The notes below the pieces were generated by a model. The model did no database searches. It was given only the letters and a program-made list of their open reading frames with translations, and had not been told where the DNA came from. 64,000 nucleotides of DNA, taken from positions 1,184 to 65,183 of the forward strand of contig CACZAH010000007.1 of assembly GCA_902779035.1 (NCBI GenBank), in the 5' to 3' direction. The DNA comes from an uncultured Erysipelotrichaceae bacterium (lineage in GTDB: Bacteria; Bacillota_I; Bacilli_A; RF39; UBA660). Shown here piece after piece: positions 19,378 to 31,761 of this stretch (positions are counted from its first letter, which is position 1; every line of letters begins with the position of its first letter). The position numbers and the translations under genes were made by a program.

Positions 19378-19433
19378 TTTGTTGTTTAATAAATCAGTAT
19401 GTTTCTAGAGATAAAATAGAAATATATATTGTG

Positions 19434-19470
19434 GGAGATACTTATTAAAAGAATAAGTATCTCCTTTTTG
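19434..19470 (+). terminator. Intrinsic terminator after ppdK
   Basis: Perfect 13-bp stem GGAGATACTTATT / AATAAGTATCTCC followed by TTTTT. Confidence 0.75.
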
Positions 19471-19718
19471 TATTATAAAAGAAAAACTGTTGAAATTAGA
19501 AAATATAAAAAATGAAGATATGGGATAAGAAATGTTTGACAATTAGTGATTTTGTTATAAACAATATTTAATTAGAGTATTAGAAATTATGAAGAGTGTT
19601 AATGGAGTAATTAATTTATGTCATAGTTAAATTTAGTTTTAGTGTAAATTTATAACTGAGCTAATAATATTTGTTCTAGTAATTAAAAATTTAAATATAT
19701 TTAATTAGGAGGTGTTTT

Positions 19719-19979
19719 ATGGAAACACTTAAGGTAGGGACTAAATCAAACCCTAATTCAGTTGCTGGTGCTCTAGCTAATGTAATTCGTGAAAGAGGAA
19801 CTGTTGAAATACAAGCAATTGGAGCTGGAGCTTTGAATCAGGCTATTAAGTCTATTGCTATTGCCCGTGGATTTGTTGCTCCTAGTGGTAAAAATCTAGT
19901 ATGTATTCCAGCGTTTACCGACATTTCTATCGATGGCGAGGAACGTACAGCACTTAAACTTATTGTAGAGACCAAATAG
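19719..19979 (+). CDS. spoVS: Stage V sporulation protein S
   Basis: 86 aa; ..LKVGTKSNPNSVAGALANVIRERG..EIQAIGAGALNQAIKSIAIARGFVAPSG..CIPAFTDI.IDGEERTALKLIVE is the highly conserved SpoVS sequence. Confidence 0.9.
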   Translation: METLKVGTKSNPNSVAGALANVIRERGTVEIQAIGAGALNQAIKSIAIARGFVAPSGKNLVCIPAFTDISIDGEERTALKLIVETK

Positions 19980-20036
19980 GTCTTTTTATTTTTGAATATT
20001 TGATGTATAATAGTCAGCACCTAATGGAGGTTTTGT

Positions 20037-21368
20037 ATGTACGAGATAGATGAAAGTTTTACTTATACAACCTTGTTTCTACTCAGAATTAATTTATTAT
20101 TTAATAATAAGAGACGTATAAGTTTAATTGAAACATTAGAAGGTAGAAGAATGCTTGAGTGGAGTCTTAATGATGATGGTGTTTGCTTTGAAGTAATTGA
20201 TGAACAAGAAGAGTTTATGAGGTTTTTAGATGAGTGCAAGGACATTGTTCATTATAAAAATGATGAGATTATTTTAAATGGTGGTATTACTGAATATAAT
20301 ATTGAAGAGAAAATTGCTTTTATTAAGCCTGCTAAATATTTGGATTATAGTCCTATGATATTTAAATACTTAGGAATAAATAAACCAATAGATTTTATAA
20401 ACAAGTATTGTGATTTAGAGCGTAATATTGAAGAGTTATATATGGCTAATAAAAATGCTATAAACAATGAAGTGTTAGATAGTCTATATAATGAAAAAGA
20501 AAAGATACTTAAAACTATAAGAAATAGTGATGAAGAGTATATTGATATGATTACATCTATATACTCAGATATATATAATGATGTAGAAGAAGATTATGAT
20601 ATTTTTCCAATTAATAGAGCTAGATACTTATCTTCTAGACATTATGATGAATCTAGTAAGATAAATGATTTATTGTATGAACCTTATCAGTGTGCACTAT
20701 TTACTGCTCATCCACTATTTAGAACAAAAGTAAAACATGATTTCAACAAAATAATTGATGATGCTGCTGAAGAAGAATTAAATGACACTAAAGATAATGC
20801 AGAAAAATATGATCCAAATGAAGAGTATTATGATGCAACTGTTGATTCTAGTGCGATTGATGACAATGAAGAAGATACTAATTATAATGTAACTAATGTT
20901 GCAGATGAGTTTCCAGATGGATTTGGCTTATGTGTTAATCTTTCACGTGAACAAGAGTTATTTATGCTTGAGTATATAAGAGTGATTGAAAATATGAAAG
21001 ATATATATATAAATATATCTAGTGATTTAGAATTAATAATTGAGAGATTAAAATATATGGTAGATAACAATAATATAGGTTTATATAAAGGTAATGATAT
21101 AGATGATGTAATTGAGGATTATAAAAATAAGGTAGATAGTAATTATATACGTATTGCAGATGAAGTAATGTATTTCATTAGTGAGATATTTAATACATAT
21201 TATGATAGATTCTGTGTTAGAAAGATATTGTTTGTTAAGACTTATTACGAACTTACTAATGATATTGAAGTAATCAATTATATAAATGAATTTAAAGATA
21301 GTAAGTTATACAATCACGTATATAAAATAATTACTGGAGAATATCCAGGTAAAGTAAAAAGAAAATAA
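20037..21368 (+). CDS. Hypothetical acidic protein
   Basis: Long ORF rich in D/E/N/Y with no recognisable motif. The true start is uncertain (possibly ATG 20149). Confidence 0.5.
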   Translation: MYEIDESFTYTTLFLLRINLLFNNKRRISLIETLEGRRMLEWSLNDDGVCFEVIDEQEEFMRFLDECKDIVHYKNDEIILNGGITEYNIEEKIAFIKPAKYLDYSPMIFKYLGINKPIDFINKYCDLERNIEELYMANKNAINNEVLDSLYNEKEKILKTIRNSDEEYIDMITSIYSDIYNDVEEDYDIFPINRARYLSSRHYDESSKINDLLYEPYQCALFTAHPLFRTKVKHDFNKIIDDAAEEELNDTKDNAEKYDPNEEYYDATVDSSAIDDNEEDTNYNVTNVADEFPDGFGLCVNLSREQELFMLEYIRVIENMKDIYINISSDLELIIERLKYMVDNNNIGLYKGNDIDDVIEDYKNKVDSNYIRIADEVMYFISEIFNTYYDRFCVRKILFVKTYYELTNDIEVINYINEFKDSKLYNHVYKIITGEYPGKVKRK

Positions 21369-21418
21369 TTCGATTGTATTTTTAAAACAATTATAATATA
21401 ATTTAGGTAGGTGGTCAT

Positions 21419-21844
21419 GTGGATAATAATTTAAAGAGAACTATTATTCTAGAACATTATCAGAATCCTAAAAATAAGGGATTAATTGATGATGATAGTT
21501 ATACAAGTGTTAATATGAATAATGAATCTTGTATAGATGAGATAGATTTAATGGTAAAAATAGTAGATGATAAAATTGTAGATATTCGTTTTGACGGAGA
21601 GGCCTGTGCGATTTGTACAAGCGCTACTTCGGTAATGATAGAAACTTTACTTGGTAAAAGTATTAAAGAAGCTAAAGAGATACTTAAAAACTACGAATAC
21701 ATGATAGATGAGAAAGAGTATGATAGTGAAATTTTAGAGTCTGCAAATATATATAGTGATATTGCTAAACAACCAAATAGAAAGAAGTGTGCCTTGCTTA
21801 GTTGGTGGGGGATAAAGAAGGTGATTAATGATGAAAGAGAATAG
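21419..21844 (+). CDS. sufU: SufU-type Fe-S cluster assembly scaffold / sulfur acceptor
   Basis: HYQNPKNKG, NESCIDEIDL, GEACAICTSATSVM and PNRKKCALLSW correspond to the SufU Cys/Asp ligands, including the SufU-type insertion. GTG start. Confidence 0.8.
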   Translation: MDNNLKRTIILEHYQNPKNKGLIDDDSYTSVNMNNESCIDEIDLMVKIVDDKIVDIRFDGEACAICTSATSVMIETLLGKSIKEAKEILKNYEYMIDEKEYDSEILESANIYSDIAKQPNRKKCALLSWWGIKKVINDERE

Positions 21845-22301
21845 ATATATTGTATGTTGGTTGCAGATATGCCCATTTGAAAGATTAGAAGGAAGTATTT
21901 TGAAACCTAATCGTGATGATTATCCTTATCGTTTATGTGTTTTTGATAAAAATGAAGATATTGTTATTGATGTTAAAACACATCATAAATATAACTATAT
22001 TCATACAAGTTTAGTATATTTTATGCATGAGGAAGCTAAAAAAATTGAAGATGGTAAAAGGTATGCAATTAATGAATTGCCTAGTTCAGTGTTTTTAGCA
22101 GATGAAGATGAAATAGAAGAAGCAAGGAAAATTATATACATGTTAGATAATAATATTGGTTTTGTAGATGGTAATAAAAGTTTATCTAATGAACAGTATT
22201 TAGAAAGAATATTAGAAGAAGAAAAAAAGAAGATTAAGAAGAAAGTAAAAAGGGGATATTATGAATATAAAGGAAATTATAACCAAAAAAAGAAATGGTA
22301 A
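21828..22301 (+). CDS. Hypothetical protein
   Basis: 157-aa ORF that overlaps both neighbours by a few codons (operon-like). Lys-rich tail; no family recognised. Confidence 0.45.
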   Translation: MMKENRYIVCWLQICPFERLEGSILKPNRDDYPYRLCVFDKNEDIVIDVKTHHKYNYIHTSLVYFMHEEAKKIEDGKRYAINELPSSVFLADEDEIEEARKIIYMLDNNIGFVDGNKSLSNEQYLERILEEEKKKIKKKVKRGYYEYKGNYNQKKKW

Positions 22302-23535
22302 TGAATTAAGTAATGATGAGATTAAATATGTTGTTGATAGTTATGTAGATGGAAGTATACCTGATTATCAGATGAGTGCCTTATTAATGGCAATATGCAC
22401 TCGTGGTATGAATTTTAATGAGACATTATTTTTAACTGATACTATGCTTAAGAGTGGTGAAATTCTTGATTTATCAAGTATAGAAGGTATTGTTGCAGAT
22501 AAACATTCGACAGGTGGTATAGGTGATAAAGTAACACTTATACTTGCACCACTTCTAGCATCATGTGGGGTTAAAGTTGCTAAGATGAGTGGTAGAGGAT
22601 TAGGCTTTACTGGTGGTACTATAGATAAACTTGAAAGTATACCTAATTTTAATGTCAATCTTACTGATACAGAGTTTATTAATGAAGTAAATGATATAGG
22701 TTTAAGTATTACTAGTGCGAGCGAAAATATTGATATAGCTGATAAAAAGATATATGCTTTAAGGGATGCAACTTCTACTGTAGAGTCTATTCCTTTAATT
22801 GCATCTAGTATTATGTCTAAAAAACTTGCATCAAATGCAGATATAATAGTAATTGATGTTAAAGTAGGTAGAGGTGCGCTTATTAAAAATAAAAAAGATG
22901 CTAAAGTATTATCTAGATACTTAATAGATATAGGTGCGCATTATAATAAGAAAGTATTTTGCTTACTTACTAACATGAATCAACCATTAGGCTATAATAT
23001 AGGGAATAAGTTAGAAGTAATGGAAGCAATAGATGCATTAAATGGAAATTGTGCGAAGGATTTAATGGAAGTAGTATATAGCATTGCTAGTATAATAATA
23101 AGTGAGATTAAAGAAATTAGTTTAGATGATGCATGCAATGAGTGTATTAATAGTATTAAAGATAAATCTGCATATAATAAGTTTGTAGAGTTTGTTAAGT
23201 ATCAAAATGGTGATATTTCTAATTTCGATACTACTAGTAAAGTGTTAACTGTTTTTAGCAATAATTCTGGTTATATTACTGATATAGATGCCGAGTGTAT
23301 TGGAATGCTTGCACTAGAATTAGGTGCAGGAAGAATTAGTAAAGAAGATAGTATAGATTATGATGTAGGTATTATTCTTGATAAAAAAGTGGGAGATTAT
23401 GTTAAAGAAGGAGACATACTAGGTAGAATATACTACAATAATAAGGAAATTGATATAAATAGATTTAAAGATTGTTTTAAATATTCGTTAGAGAAAACAA
23501 AAATAGATACTATAATAGGTTTGATAAAAGTGTAA
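22261..23535 (+). CDS. pdp: Pyrimidine-nucleoside (thymidine) phosphorylase
   Basis: DKHSTGGIGDKVTL, SGRGLGFTGGTIDKLESIPNF and a C-terminal PYNP domain; 424 aa. Confidence 0.9.
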   Translation: MNIKEIITKKRNGNELSNDEIKYVVDSYVDGSIPDYQMSALLMAICTRGMNFNETLFLTDTMLKSGEILDLSSIEGIVADKHSTGGIGDKVTLILAPLLASCGVKVAKMSGRGLGFTGGTIDKLESIPNFNVNLTDTEFINEVNDIGLSITSASENIDIADKKIYALRDATSTVESIPLIASSIMSKKLASNADIIVIDVKVGRGALIKNKKDAKVLSRYLIDIGAHYNKKVFCLLTNMNQPLGYNIGNKLEVMEAIDALNGNCAKDLMEVVYSIASIIISEIKEISLDDACNECINSIKDKSAYNKFVEFVKYQNGDISNFDTTSKVLTVFSNNSGYITDIDAECIGMLALELGAGRISKEDSIDYDVGIILDKKVGDYVKEGDILGRIYYNNKEIDINRFKDCFKYSLEKTKIDTIIGLIKV

Positions 23536-23611
23536 AGTTATGTAAAGTTTTTAACTTTTACTTGCTAAAAGATAATATTTGTTTTATGCTTGTAATAGAT
23601 AGGAGGTTAAC

Positions 23612-23812
23612 ATGATTTATCCGTCAATTGATAAGTTACTAACTCAAGTTGGATCTAAGTACTTACTTGTGAATGTAGTATCTAAAAGAGTTAAAGAGAT
23701 GAAAAAGAAAAAGTATTTTCAAATGAATGAAAAAGATTATAAGTCTACTAAAGAGATAGGTAGAGCTTTGGAAGAAATATCTGCATGTTTAATTCATATT
23801 AATCAAGAATAA
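23612..23812 (+). CDS. rpoZ: DNA-directed RNA polymerase subunit omega
   Basis: MIYPSIDKLLTQVGSKYLLVNVVSKRVKEM matches the Firmicutes RpoZ N-terminus; 66 aa. Confidence 0.8.
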   Translation: MIYPSIDKLLTQVGSKYLLVNVVSKRVKEMKKKKYFQMNEKDYKSTKEIGRALEEISACLIHINQE

Positions 23813-23824
23813 TTAGAGGGTGTT

Positions 23825-24688
23825 ATGAAAAGAATAAAGGAGTTTTTAAAGACTTTAATTGATATTATAATGTTACCTGAAATGATGCACTTACCAGGAA
23901 GTCTTGCCTTTTTTATAATATTATCTATATTTCCAATATTGATACTAATAGGTATTATTGCATCATATTTTTCGGTATCGATAGATGGAGTAGTTAATAT
24001 AATTTCTATTGCTTTACCTAAAGGAGTAGAACAGCTATTAGTGCCTTATATTCAGCTTGGTACATTTCCTAGAAATATTATAATATCAACTATATTTGCT
24101 TTTATTCTTGCTAGTAACGGTACACATGCATTAATACTTGCAAGTAATTCATTATATGATATAAAGAATTCAAGTTATATAAAAAGAAGAGTAAAAGCAC
24201 TATTTTTAATATTATTGTTAATCGTATTATTCATATTTATGATATCATTCTTAACATATGGTAATAGAATATTTACATATATACTAGAATCTGTTTCTTA
24301 TGAGCCTGTTAATGAAGTATTATACTATTTATTTGCATTTATTAAGTGGCCAATTGCTATGTTTATTATTTATTTGGCAATAAAACTATTATATGTTTTA
24401 TCACCTGATGGTAAGATATATAGTGCGACTACTTCAAAAGGAGCATTGTTTTCTACATTTGGTTTTACAGTAGCTACGGCAGTTTTCTCATTTTATGTAA
24501 ATTATTTTAGTGCTTATGATATTTATTATGGTTCTATTGCAACTATTGTAATACTGATGATTTGGGTATATATATTGTCATTTATTCTAGTTATAGGAAT
24601 AGCAATTAATGTTAGAAGCTATAATCAATATAAAATAAAAAAAATGAATAATATGTTAAAAAATAATAATAATATAAGTGTACTATAA
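23825..24688 (+). CDS. YihY/BrkB (ribonuclease BN-like) family integral membrane protein
   Basis: Six predicted TM segments; N-terminal ..LPGSLAFFIILSIFPILILIG.. is typical of the YihY family. Confidence 0.7.
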   Translation: MKRIKEFLKTLIDIIMLPEMMHLPGSLAFFIILSIFPILILIGIIASYFSVSIDGVVNIISIALPKGVEQLLVPYIQLGTFPRNIIISTIFAFILASNGTHALILASNSLYDIKNSSYIKRRVKALFLILLLIVLFIFMISFLTYGNRIFTYILESVSYEPVNEVLYYLFAFIKWPIAMFIIYLAIKLLYVLSPDGKIYSATTSKGALFSTFGFTVATAVFSFYVNYFSAYDIYYGSIATIVILMIWVYILSFILVIGIAINVRSYNQYKIKKMNNMLKNNNNISVL

Positions 24689-24818
24689 TTACCGATAGTA
24701 CTAATACAGACTACGTTAAGTACCGAATGGTTTACTTTGAACTGGTAAGTATTTTATAAAAGGGTAATGATAACAGATATGCTCTGTTATGAGTCAAGAA
24801 TTATGGACTAAGAAATTG

Positions 24819-24845
24819 AGTCAAGAGTAATTCTTGACTTTTTGT
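24819..24845 (+). terminator. Intrinsic terminator
   Basis: Stem AGTCAAGA / TCTTGACT, loop GTAAT, then TTTTT. Confidence 0.6.
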
Positions 24846-24870
24846 TTGAAATAAATAATGCTAAATTTTT

Positions 24871-24889
24871 TTGTTGCATTTGCAACACA
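24871..24889. promoter_or_regulatory. Palindromic box TTGTTGCAtTTGCAACACA upstream of ligA (copy 1 of 2)
   Basis: 7-bp inverted arms TGTTGCA/TGCAACA. The same 19-mer, with one central mismatch, occurs at 46521..46539 upstream of nrdD. Confidence 0.4.
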
Positions 24890-24917
24890 CTCTTACAGTA
24901 TTTCATGGTAAAATTAG

Positions 24918-26912
<1,995 letters not shown>

Positions 26913-26913
26913 T

Positions 26914-29160
26914 ATGAATGAAGAAGTATTAAAGTATTTTGAGAAAGCCTGGGAAGGTTTTAAAGGAGTAAAATGGCAAAGAGGTATTGATGTAGCTAAC
27001 TTTATTGAGATGAATTATGATGAATATACTGGGGATGAATCATTCTTAGCTGGTAAGAGTATTAAAACATCTAAAGTATGGAAGAAGTGTGAATCATTAC
27101 TTAAAAAAGAAGCAATCAGTGGAGTATTAGATGTAGAAACAGATATAATTGCTGGTATTGATAACTTTGAACCGGGATATATTGATAGAAAGAATGAAGT
27201 TATAGTAGGTTTACAAACTGATGAAGCATTAAAACGTATTATTAATCCTTATGGCGGTATGCGTATGGTTAAAAAGTCTTTAGAACAATATGGATTTAGA
27301 ATGGATAAGGATTTGCATGATAAGTTTGTTGAGTTTAGAAAGACACATAATGATGGTGTATTTGATGCTTATACTAAAGATATTAGAAAAGCACGTACTA
27401 ATCATTTAATAACTGGTCTTCCTGATGCATATGGAAGAGGTAGAATAATAGGAGATTATCGCCGTATGGCTTTATATGGAGCTGACTATATAATTGCAAA
27501 AAAAGAAGAGGATTTAGATAAACTTGCTTCAACTATTAATAATTCTGTAATTAGATTAAGAGAAGAAGTTAGAGAACAAATTAAAGCATTAAAAGAAACA
27601 GTAAAGATGGCTTCTCGTTATGGATATGATATATCTAAGCCTGCAACAAGTGCTAAAGAAGCAGTACAGTGGTTATACTTTGCATACTTAGCTGCAGTTA
27701 AGCAAAATAATGGTGCGGCAACAAGTATTGGTAGAAATACAACATTTATCGATATTTATATTAAAAGAGATATGGATAAAGGGCTTCTTACTGAAGAAGA
27801 AGCACAAGAATTAATTGATCAATTTGTAATTAAATTAAGACTTGTTCGTCACTTGCGTACTCCTGAATATGATGAGTTATTTGCTGGAGATCCTACTTGG
27901 GTTACTGAATCTATTGGTGGTATGCTTAATAATGATAAATCATTAATTACTAAAACCTCATTTAGAATACTTAATACTCTAAATAATATTGGTACATCAG
28001 CTGAACCTAATATGACTGTATTATGGAGTACTAAGTTACCTGATAATTTTAAAAAGTATGCATCATATATGGCTATAATTACACATACTTTACAATTTGA
28101 AAATGATGATTTAATGCGACCAATATATGGCTCTGATTATGCAATTGCATGTTGTGTGTCTGCTATGGTTGAAGGTAAACAAATGCAATTCTTTGGCGCT
28201 CGTGTTAATCTTGCAAAAGCCTTATTATACGCTTTAAATGGTGGTAGAGATGAGATTAGTGGAGATGTTGTAATTGATGATATTGAGCAAATAGAAGGTG
28301 AGTATTTAAACTATGATGAAGTAATTAAAGTATATAGTAAAGTTCTTAGAAAAGTAGCTAAAATTTACGTTGATGCTTTAAATATAATTCATTATATGCA
28401 TGATAAGTATGCTTATGAAAGTATTCAAATGGCACTTCATGATACAATAGTAAATCGTGTTATGGCATTTGGTATTGCAGGACTATCTATAGTAACAGAT
28501 TCTCTTGCAGCAATTAAATATGGTAATGTTCGTGTAAAGAGAGATGAAAGAGGTATTACTGAGAACTTTGATAATGAATCAGATTTTCCTAGATATGGTA
28601 ATAACGATGATAGAGTAGATGATATTGCGGTAAAATTAGTAACTAAGTTTTATAATGAGTTAAAAAGATTTCCACTTTATCGTAATGCTGAACACACGTT
28701 ATCAATTCTAACTATTACATCAAATGTAGTATATGGTAATAATACAGGAGCTACTCCAGATGGAAGAGCAAAAGGTATTCCATTTGCCCCAGGTGCAAAC
28801 CCTACGCAAGGAGCAGATAAGTCAGGTGCACTTGCATCACTTTCTAGTGTTGCTAAAATTCCTTATAAAGTATGCTTAGATGGTATTTCTAATACATTCT
28901 CTATGGCACCAGAAACACTAGGCCCAGAGGATGCAAGAGTATCTAACTTAGTACAAGTATTAGATGGATACTTTAAACAAGGAGGACATCATTTAAATGT
29001 TAATGTACTAGATAGACAGATGTTAATAGATGCAATGAATAATCCAAATAAATATCCAAATCTAACAATTAGAGTATCAGGTTATGCTGTAAACTTTAAT
29101 AAACTAACTAAAAAACAACAAGAAGAAGTTATATCTAGAACTTTCCATGGTAGTTTATAA
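26914..29160 (+). CDS. pflB: Formate C-acetyltransferase (pyruvate formate-lyase)
   Basis: 748 aa; active-site CCVS and the glycyl-radical motif TIRVSGYAV near the C-terminus. Confidence 0.95.
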   Translation: MNEEVLKYFEKAWEGFKGVKWQRGIDVANFIEMNYDEYTGDESFLAGKSIKTSKVWKKCESLLKKEAISGVLDVETDIIAGIDNFEPGYIDRKNEVIVGLQTDEALKRIINPYGGMRMVKKSLEQYGFRMDKDLHDKFVEFRKTHNDGVFDAYTKDIRKARTNHLITGLPDAYGRGRIIGDYRRMALYGADYIIAKKEEDLDKLASTINNSVIRLREEVREQIKALKETVKMASRYGYDISKPATSAKEAVQWLYFAYLAAVKQNNGAATSIGRNTTFIDIYIKRDMDKGLLTEEEAQELIDQFVIKLRLVRHLRTPEYDELFAGDPTWVTESIGGMLNNDKSLITKTSFRILNTLNNIGTSAEPNMTVLWSTKLPDNFKKYASYMAIITHTLQFENDDLMRPIYGSDYAIACCVSAMVEGKQMQFFGARVNLAKALLYALNGGRDEISGDVVIDDIEQIEGEYLNYDEVIKVYSKVLRKVAKIYVDALNIIHYMHDKYAYESIQMALHDTIVNRVMAFGIAGLSIVTDSLAAIKYGNVRVKRDERGITENFDNESDFPRYGNNDDRVDDIAVKLVTKFYNELKRFPLYRNAEHTLSILTITSNVVYGNNTGATPDGRAKGIPFAPGANPTQGADKSGALASLSSVAKIPYKVCLDGISNTFSMAPETLGPEDARVSNLVQVLDGYFKQGGHHLNVNVLDRQMLIDAMNNPNKYPNLTIRVSGYAVNFNKLTKKQQEEVISRTFHGSL

Positions 29161-29864
29161 TGAAAGGTTATATTCATTCAATTGAGACATTGGGGCTTGC
29201 TGATGGACCTGGAGTAAGAATTGTTATATTTATGCAAGGTTGTCCTTTAAGATGTTTATTCTGTCATAACCCAGATACTTGGGAAAAAGGACAAAATTTA
29301 CTAACTACTTCGGATGAAATAGTGAATATGGTGAGAAAGTATCGCAATTTTATTGAACAAAATGGTGGAGTTACCTTGTCAGGTGGAGAACCGCTATTAC
29401 AGGGAGAATTTACATTAGATATATTAAAAAAGTGCAAGAAAGCGGGCTTCCATACCGCACTTGATACATCTGGCACAGGATATAGCATAGAATTATTAGA
29501 CGAAATACTTAAATATACTGATTTAATATTGTTAGATATAAAAGCACTTACTAATAAGAATTATGAAAAAATAACTGGTAAGAAGATGGATGAATATAAT
29601 TATTTCTTAAAAAGAATCCAAAAATTAAATAAGAAAATATGGATTAGACAAGTAATAACTCCTGGTATAAATGACACTAAGGAATATATATTAAAGTTAA
29701 AAAAATATTTATCTAATATTAATAATATTGAAAGAATAGACTTACTTCCATACCATAACTTAGGCGTAGATAAATATAAGAAATTGGGTCTTAAGTATAG
29801 ATTAGAAGGTACACCTAACATGGATAAACATGTAATTAAAGAATTAGAAGAATTATTAAGATAA
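29160..29864 (+). CDS. pflA: Pyruvate formate-lyase activating enzyme (radical SAM)
   Basis: GPGVRIVIFMQGCPLRCLFCHNPDTW (CxxxCxxC) and GGVTLSGGEPLLQ; follows pflB directly. Confidence 0.93.
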   Translation: MKGYIHSIETLGLADGPGVRIVIFMQGCPLRCLFCHNPDTWEKGQNLLTTSDEIVNMVRKYRNFIEQNGGVTLSGGEPLLQGEFTLDILKKCKKAGFHTALDTSGTGYSIELLDEILKYTDLILLDIKALTNKNYEKITGKKMDEYNYFLKRIQKLNKKIWIRQVITPGINDTKEYILKLKKYLSNINNIERIDLLPYHNLGVDKYKKLGLKYRLEGTPNMDKHVIKELEELLR

Positions 29865-29865
29865 A

Positions 29866-29898
29866 AAGATATAAGGTTAGAATGCTTTATATCTTTTC
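29866..29898 (+). terminator. Intrinsic terminator after pflA
   Basis: Stem AAGATATAAG / CTT(T)ATATCTT followed by TTTT. Confidence 0.6.
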
Positions 29899-30047
29899 AG
29901 TTTGTTTTATACTACACCTTCTTGTTTATTACTAATAAAGATACTATTTTTTATTTTTGACAAATTTCTTAAAATTTTTAAAACTTATGCAATTATCCAA
30001 GATGTTTGTTAAACTATATATGTAAGGTAAGAGAGGAGAGAGGTATA

Positions 30048-30428
30048 ATGAAGAAGAAAAAAGGATTTACCTTAATTGAGTTAATTGCTGTACTCGTAAT
30101 TATGGCAATAATAGTTCTTATTGTTACACCACTTGTAATGTCAATTATTAGAAAGGCACGTATTTCTGCAGATAAGAGAAGCGTTGATGCATATGGAAGA
30201 TCAATTGATATTGCAATTGCATCTTATATTCTTGATCATGCAGATTTTCCAGATAGTTTAGATGAGTTAACCATTGAATATAATGGAAAAGAAGTGGTTT
30301 GTGGAGTTATGACATTAATTGAAGATACTGGTGTATATCTTTCAGAATGTAGAGTTGGAAACTATAATGTAAAAGATTCATCTACAAATGATGGTTGGTA
30401 TCATTATGAAGCTAAAAAAATGAATTAA
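30048..30428 (+). CDS. Prepilin-type N-terminal cleavage/methylation domain protein (type IV pilin / pseudopilin-like)
   Basis: MKKKKGFTLIELIAVLVIMAIIVL is a class III signal (G/FTLIE). GAGAGGAGAGAGG SD precedes ATG 30048. No pilus assembly genes are adjacent. Confidence 0.75.
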   Translation: MKKKKGFTLIELIAVLVIMAIIVLIVTPLVMSIIRKARISADKRSVDAYGRSIDIAIASYILDHADFPDSLDELTIEYNGKEVVCGVMTLIEDTGVYLSECRVGNYNVKDSSTNDGWYHYEAKKMN

Positions 30429-30587
30429 TTTGATTATAAAATAGGAGATATAGTTACTTATAAAAATACATAATTTAAAGTTATTAAGAATAGTAAAGTT
30501 GGAATTCTTATTAATAGTACTCAATTAGTTGCTCCAGGTAGTGTGTCAGAAACGGGTGCTTACATCCGTCCTGTAGTTGAAATTTAA
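30429..30587 (+). pseudogene. Decayed C-terminal continuation of the pilin-like gene
   Basis: The same frame continues through TAA (30426) and TAA (30471): FDYKIGDIVTYKNT*FKVIKNSKVGILINSTQLVAPGSVSETGAYIRPVVEI*. The ending resembles the YGVRPSLYL tail of the left-edge paralog. Confidence 0.4.
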
Positions 30588-30717
30588 AAGTCAAGTGCTT
30601 TAGTTAAAAACTAAATTATAATTAATAATCATTACAAGTATAAGTAGAAGAATCTTCTGCTTTTTATTTGTATAAAAGTTAAAAATATGGTATTCTTATA
30701 GTAGAGTTGGTGATAAT

Positions 30718-31761
30718 ATGAACACAATACTAGAGAGTATATTTAAAAGTAGTAAAAAAGATAAGATAAGTGTATTAAATAGAACATTTTTTAAGAATTA
30801 CTTAGATAGTGATACTATTATTAAATTAATTGATATTAGAAAACTATATTTAGATATATTAACTTTTGAAAAGAGTAAAGAAGAAGATATTAAAGTAAGA
30901 GATATTTTAAAAGTAAAACTAGATGATGTATTAGATAAGAAGAATAAGTTAGAGAATCAAAACTTTAGTTTTTTAAAGAAGAAGATTAGTATTGTAAAAG
31001 AGTTAACTGAAAAAATTGATGTTAAGAAGATTGAACTTGAAAGTGAGATTAATGCATGCCTTATTAGTAATATGAGACTTATTAATGAGTTAAATATAGA
31101 AGCAGAGAGAATTAGTAATGAGATAAATTCTTTAACTATTAATAAGTATGATAAAGATATGCTTGTTAATGCATTAAAGTATAAGATTAATAATATGGAA
31201 AGTGTAGATGTTAAATATATTAGTTCAGATAAGAAAGCATTATATGATAAAGAGTTAAGTAATATCATTATTAATGATAATGCAAGGAAGTGTTATATAA
31301 CTTATTTATTTGATATGATTACAACTGATATTGATAATTTAATACATACTTATAATATATCTAAAAATTATATGCTTATTAGTTATGATAAAGATACTAA
31401 TGTTAATTTAGAGAATAATAGTATTGTATTAGAGAATATTATTAGTAAAAAATTATGTGAGAAATTAGATAGGTATGTTGATGTAATAACTGATTCTATA
31501 ACTAATAATAGTATTAATGATATAAGTCTAGAGAAATTAAAACATAATTCAATAATACATACTATGATACATTTTGCAAAAAACTATCGTGAGTTAAAAA
31601 CTGATGAAGAAATAATAAGTCGTGAATATGAAATGATTAGAGGATATGTAGTTGATTTAATGCGTGATACTAAGAATAATAATGATAAATTAGTAGTAGA
31701 TATAATTAATGATACAATAGATATATTTAAGAGTTTTAGTGAGAATATTGGGGTGTATTAA
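30718..31761 (+). CDS. Hypothetical coiled-coil protein
   Basis: 347-aa K/E/N/I-rich ORF whose stop overlaps the pgi start. No family recognised. Confidence 0.5.
   Translation: MNTILESIFKSSKKDKISVLNRTFFKNYLDSDTIIKLIDIRKLYLDILTFEKSKEEDIKVRDILKVKLDDVLDKKNKLENQNFSFLKKKISIVKELTEKIDVKKIELESEINACLISNMRLINELNIEAERISNEINSLTINKYDKDMLVNALKYKINNMESVDVKYISSDKKALYDKELSNIIINDNARKCYITYLFDMITTDIDNLIHTYNISKNYMLISYDKDTNVNLENNSIVLENIISKKLCEKLDRYVDVITDSITNNSINDISLEKLKHNSIIHTMIHFAKNYRELKTDEEIISREYEMIRGYVVDLMRDTKNNNDKLVVDIINDTIDIFKSFSENIGVY

Noticed and set aside
24689-24818. Possible riboswitch or sRNA in the 130-nt stretch between yihY and the terminator preceding ligA (several short hairpins and a duplicated GAGTCAAGA).
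   Set aside because: It has no promoter of its own and no match to any riboswitch consensus I know. It is most simply the 3' UTR of the upstream gene.
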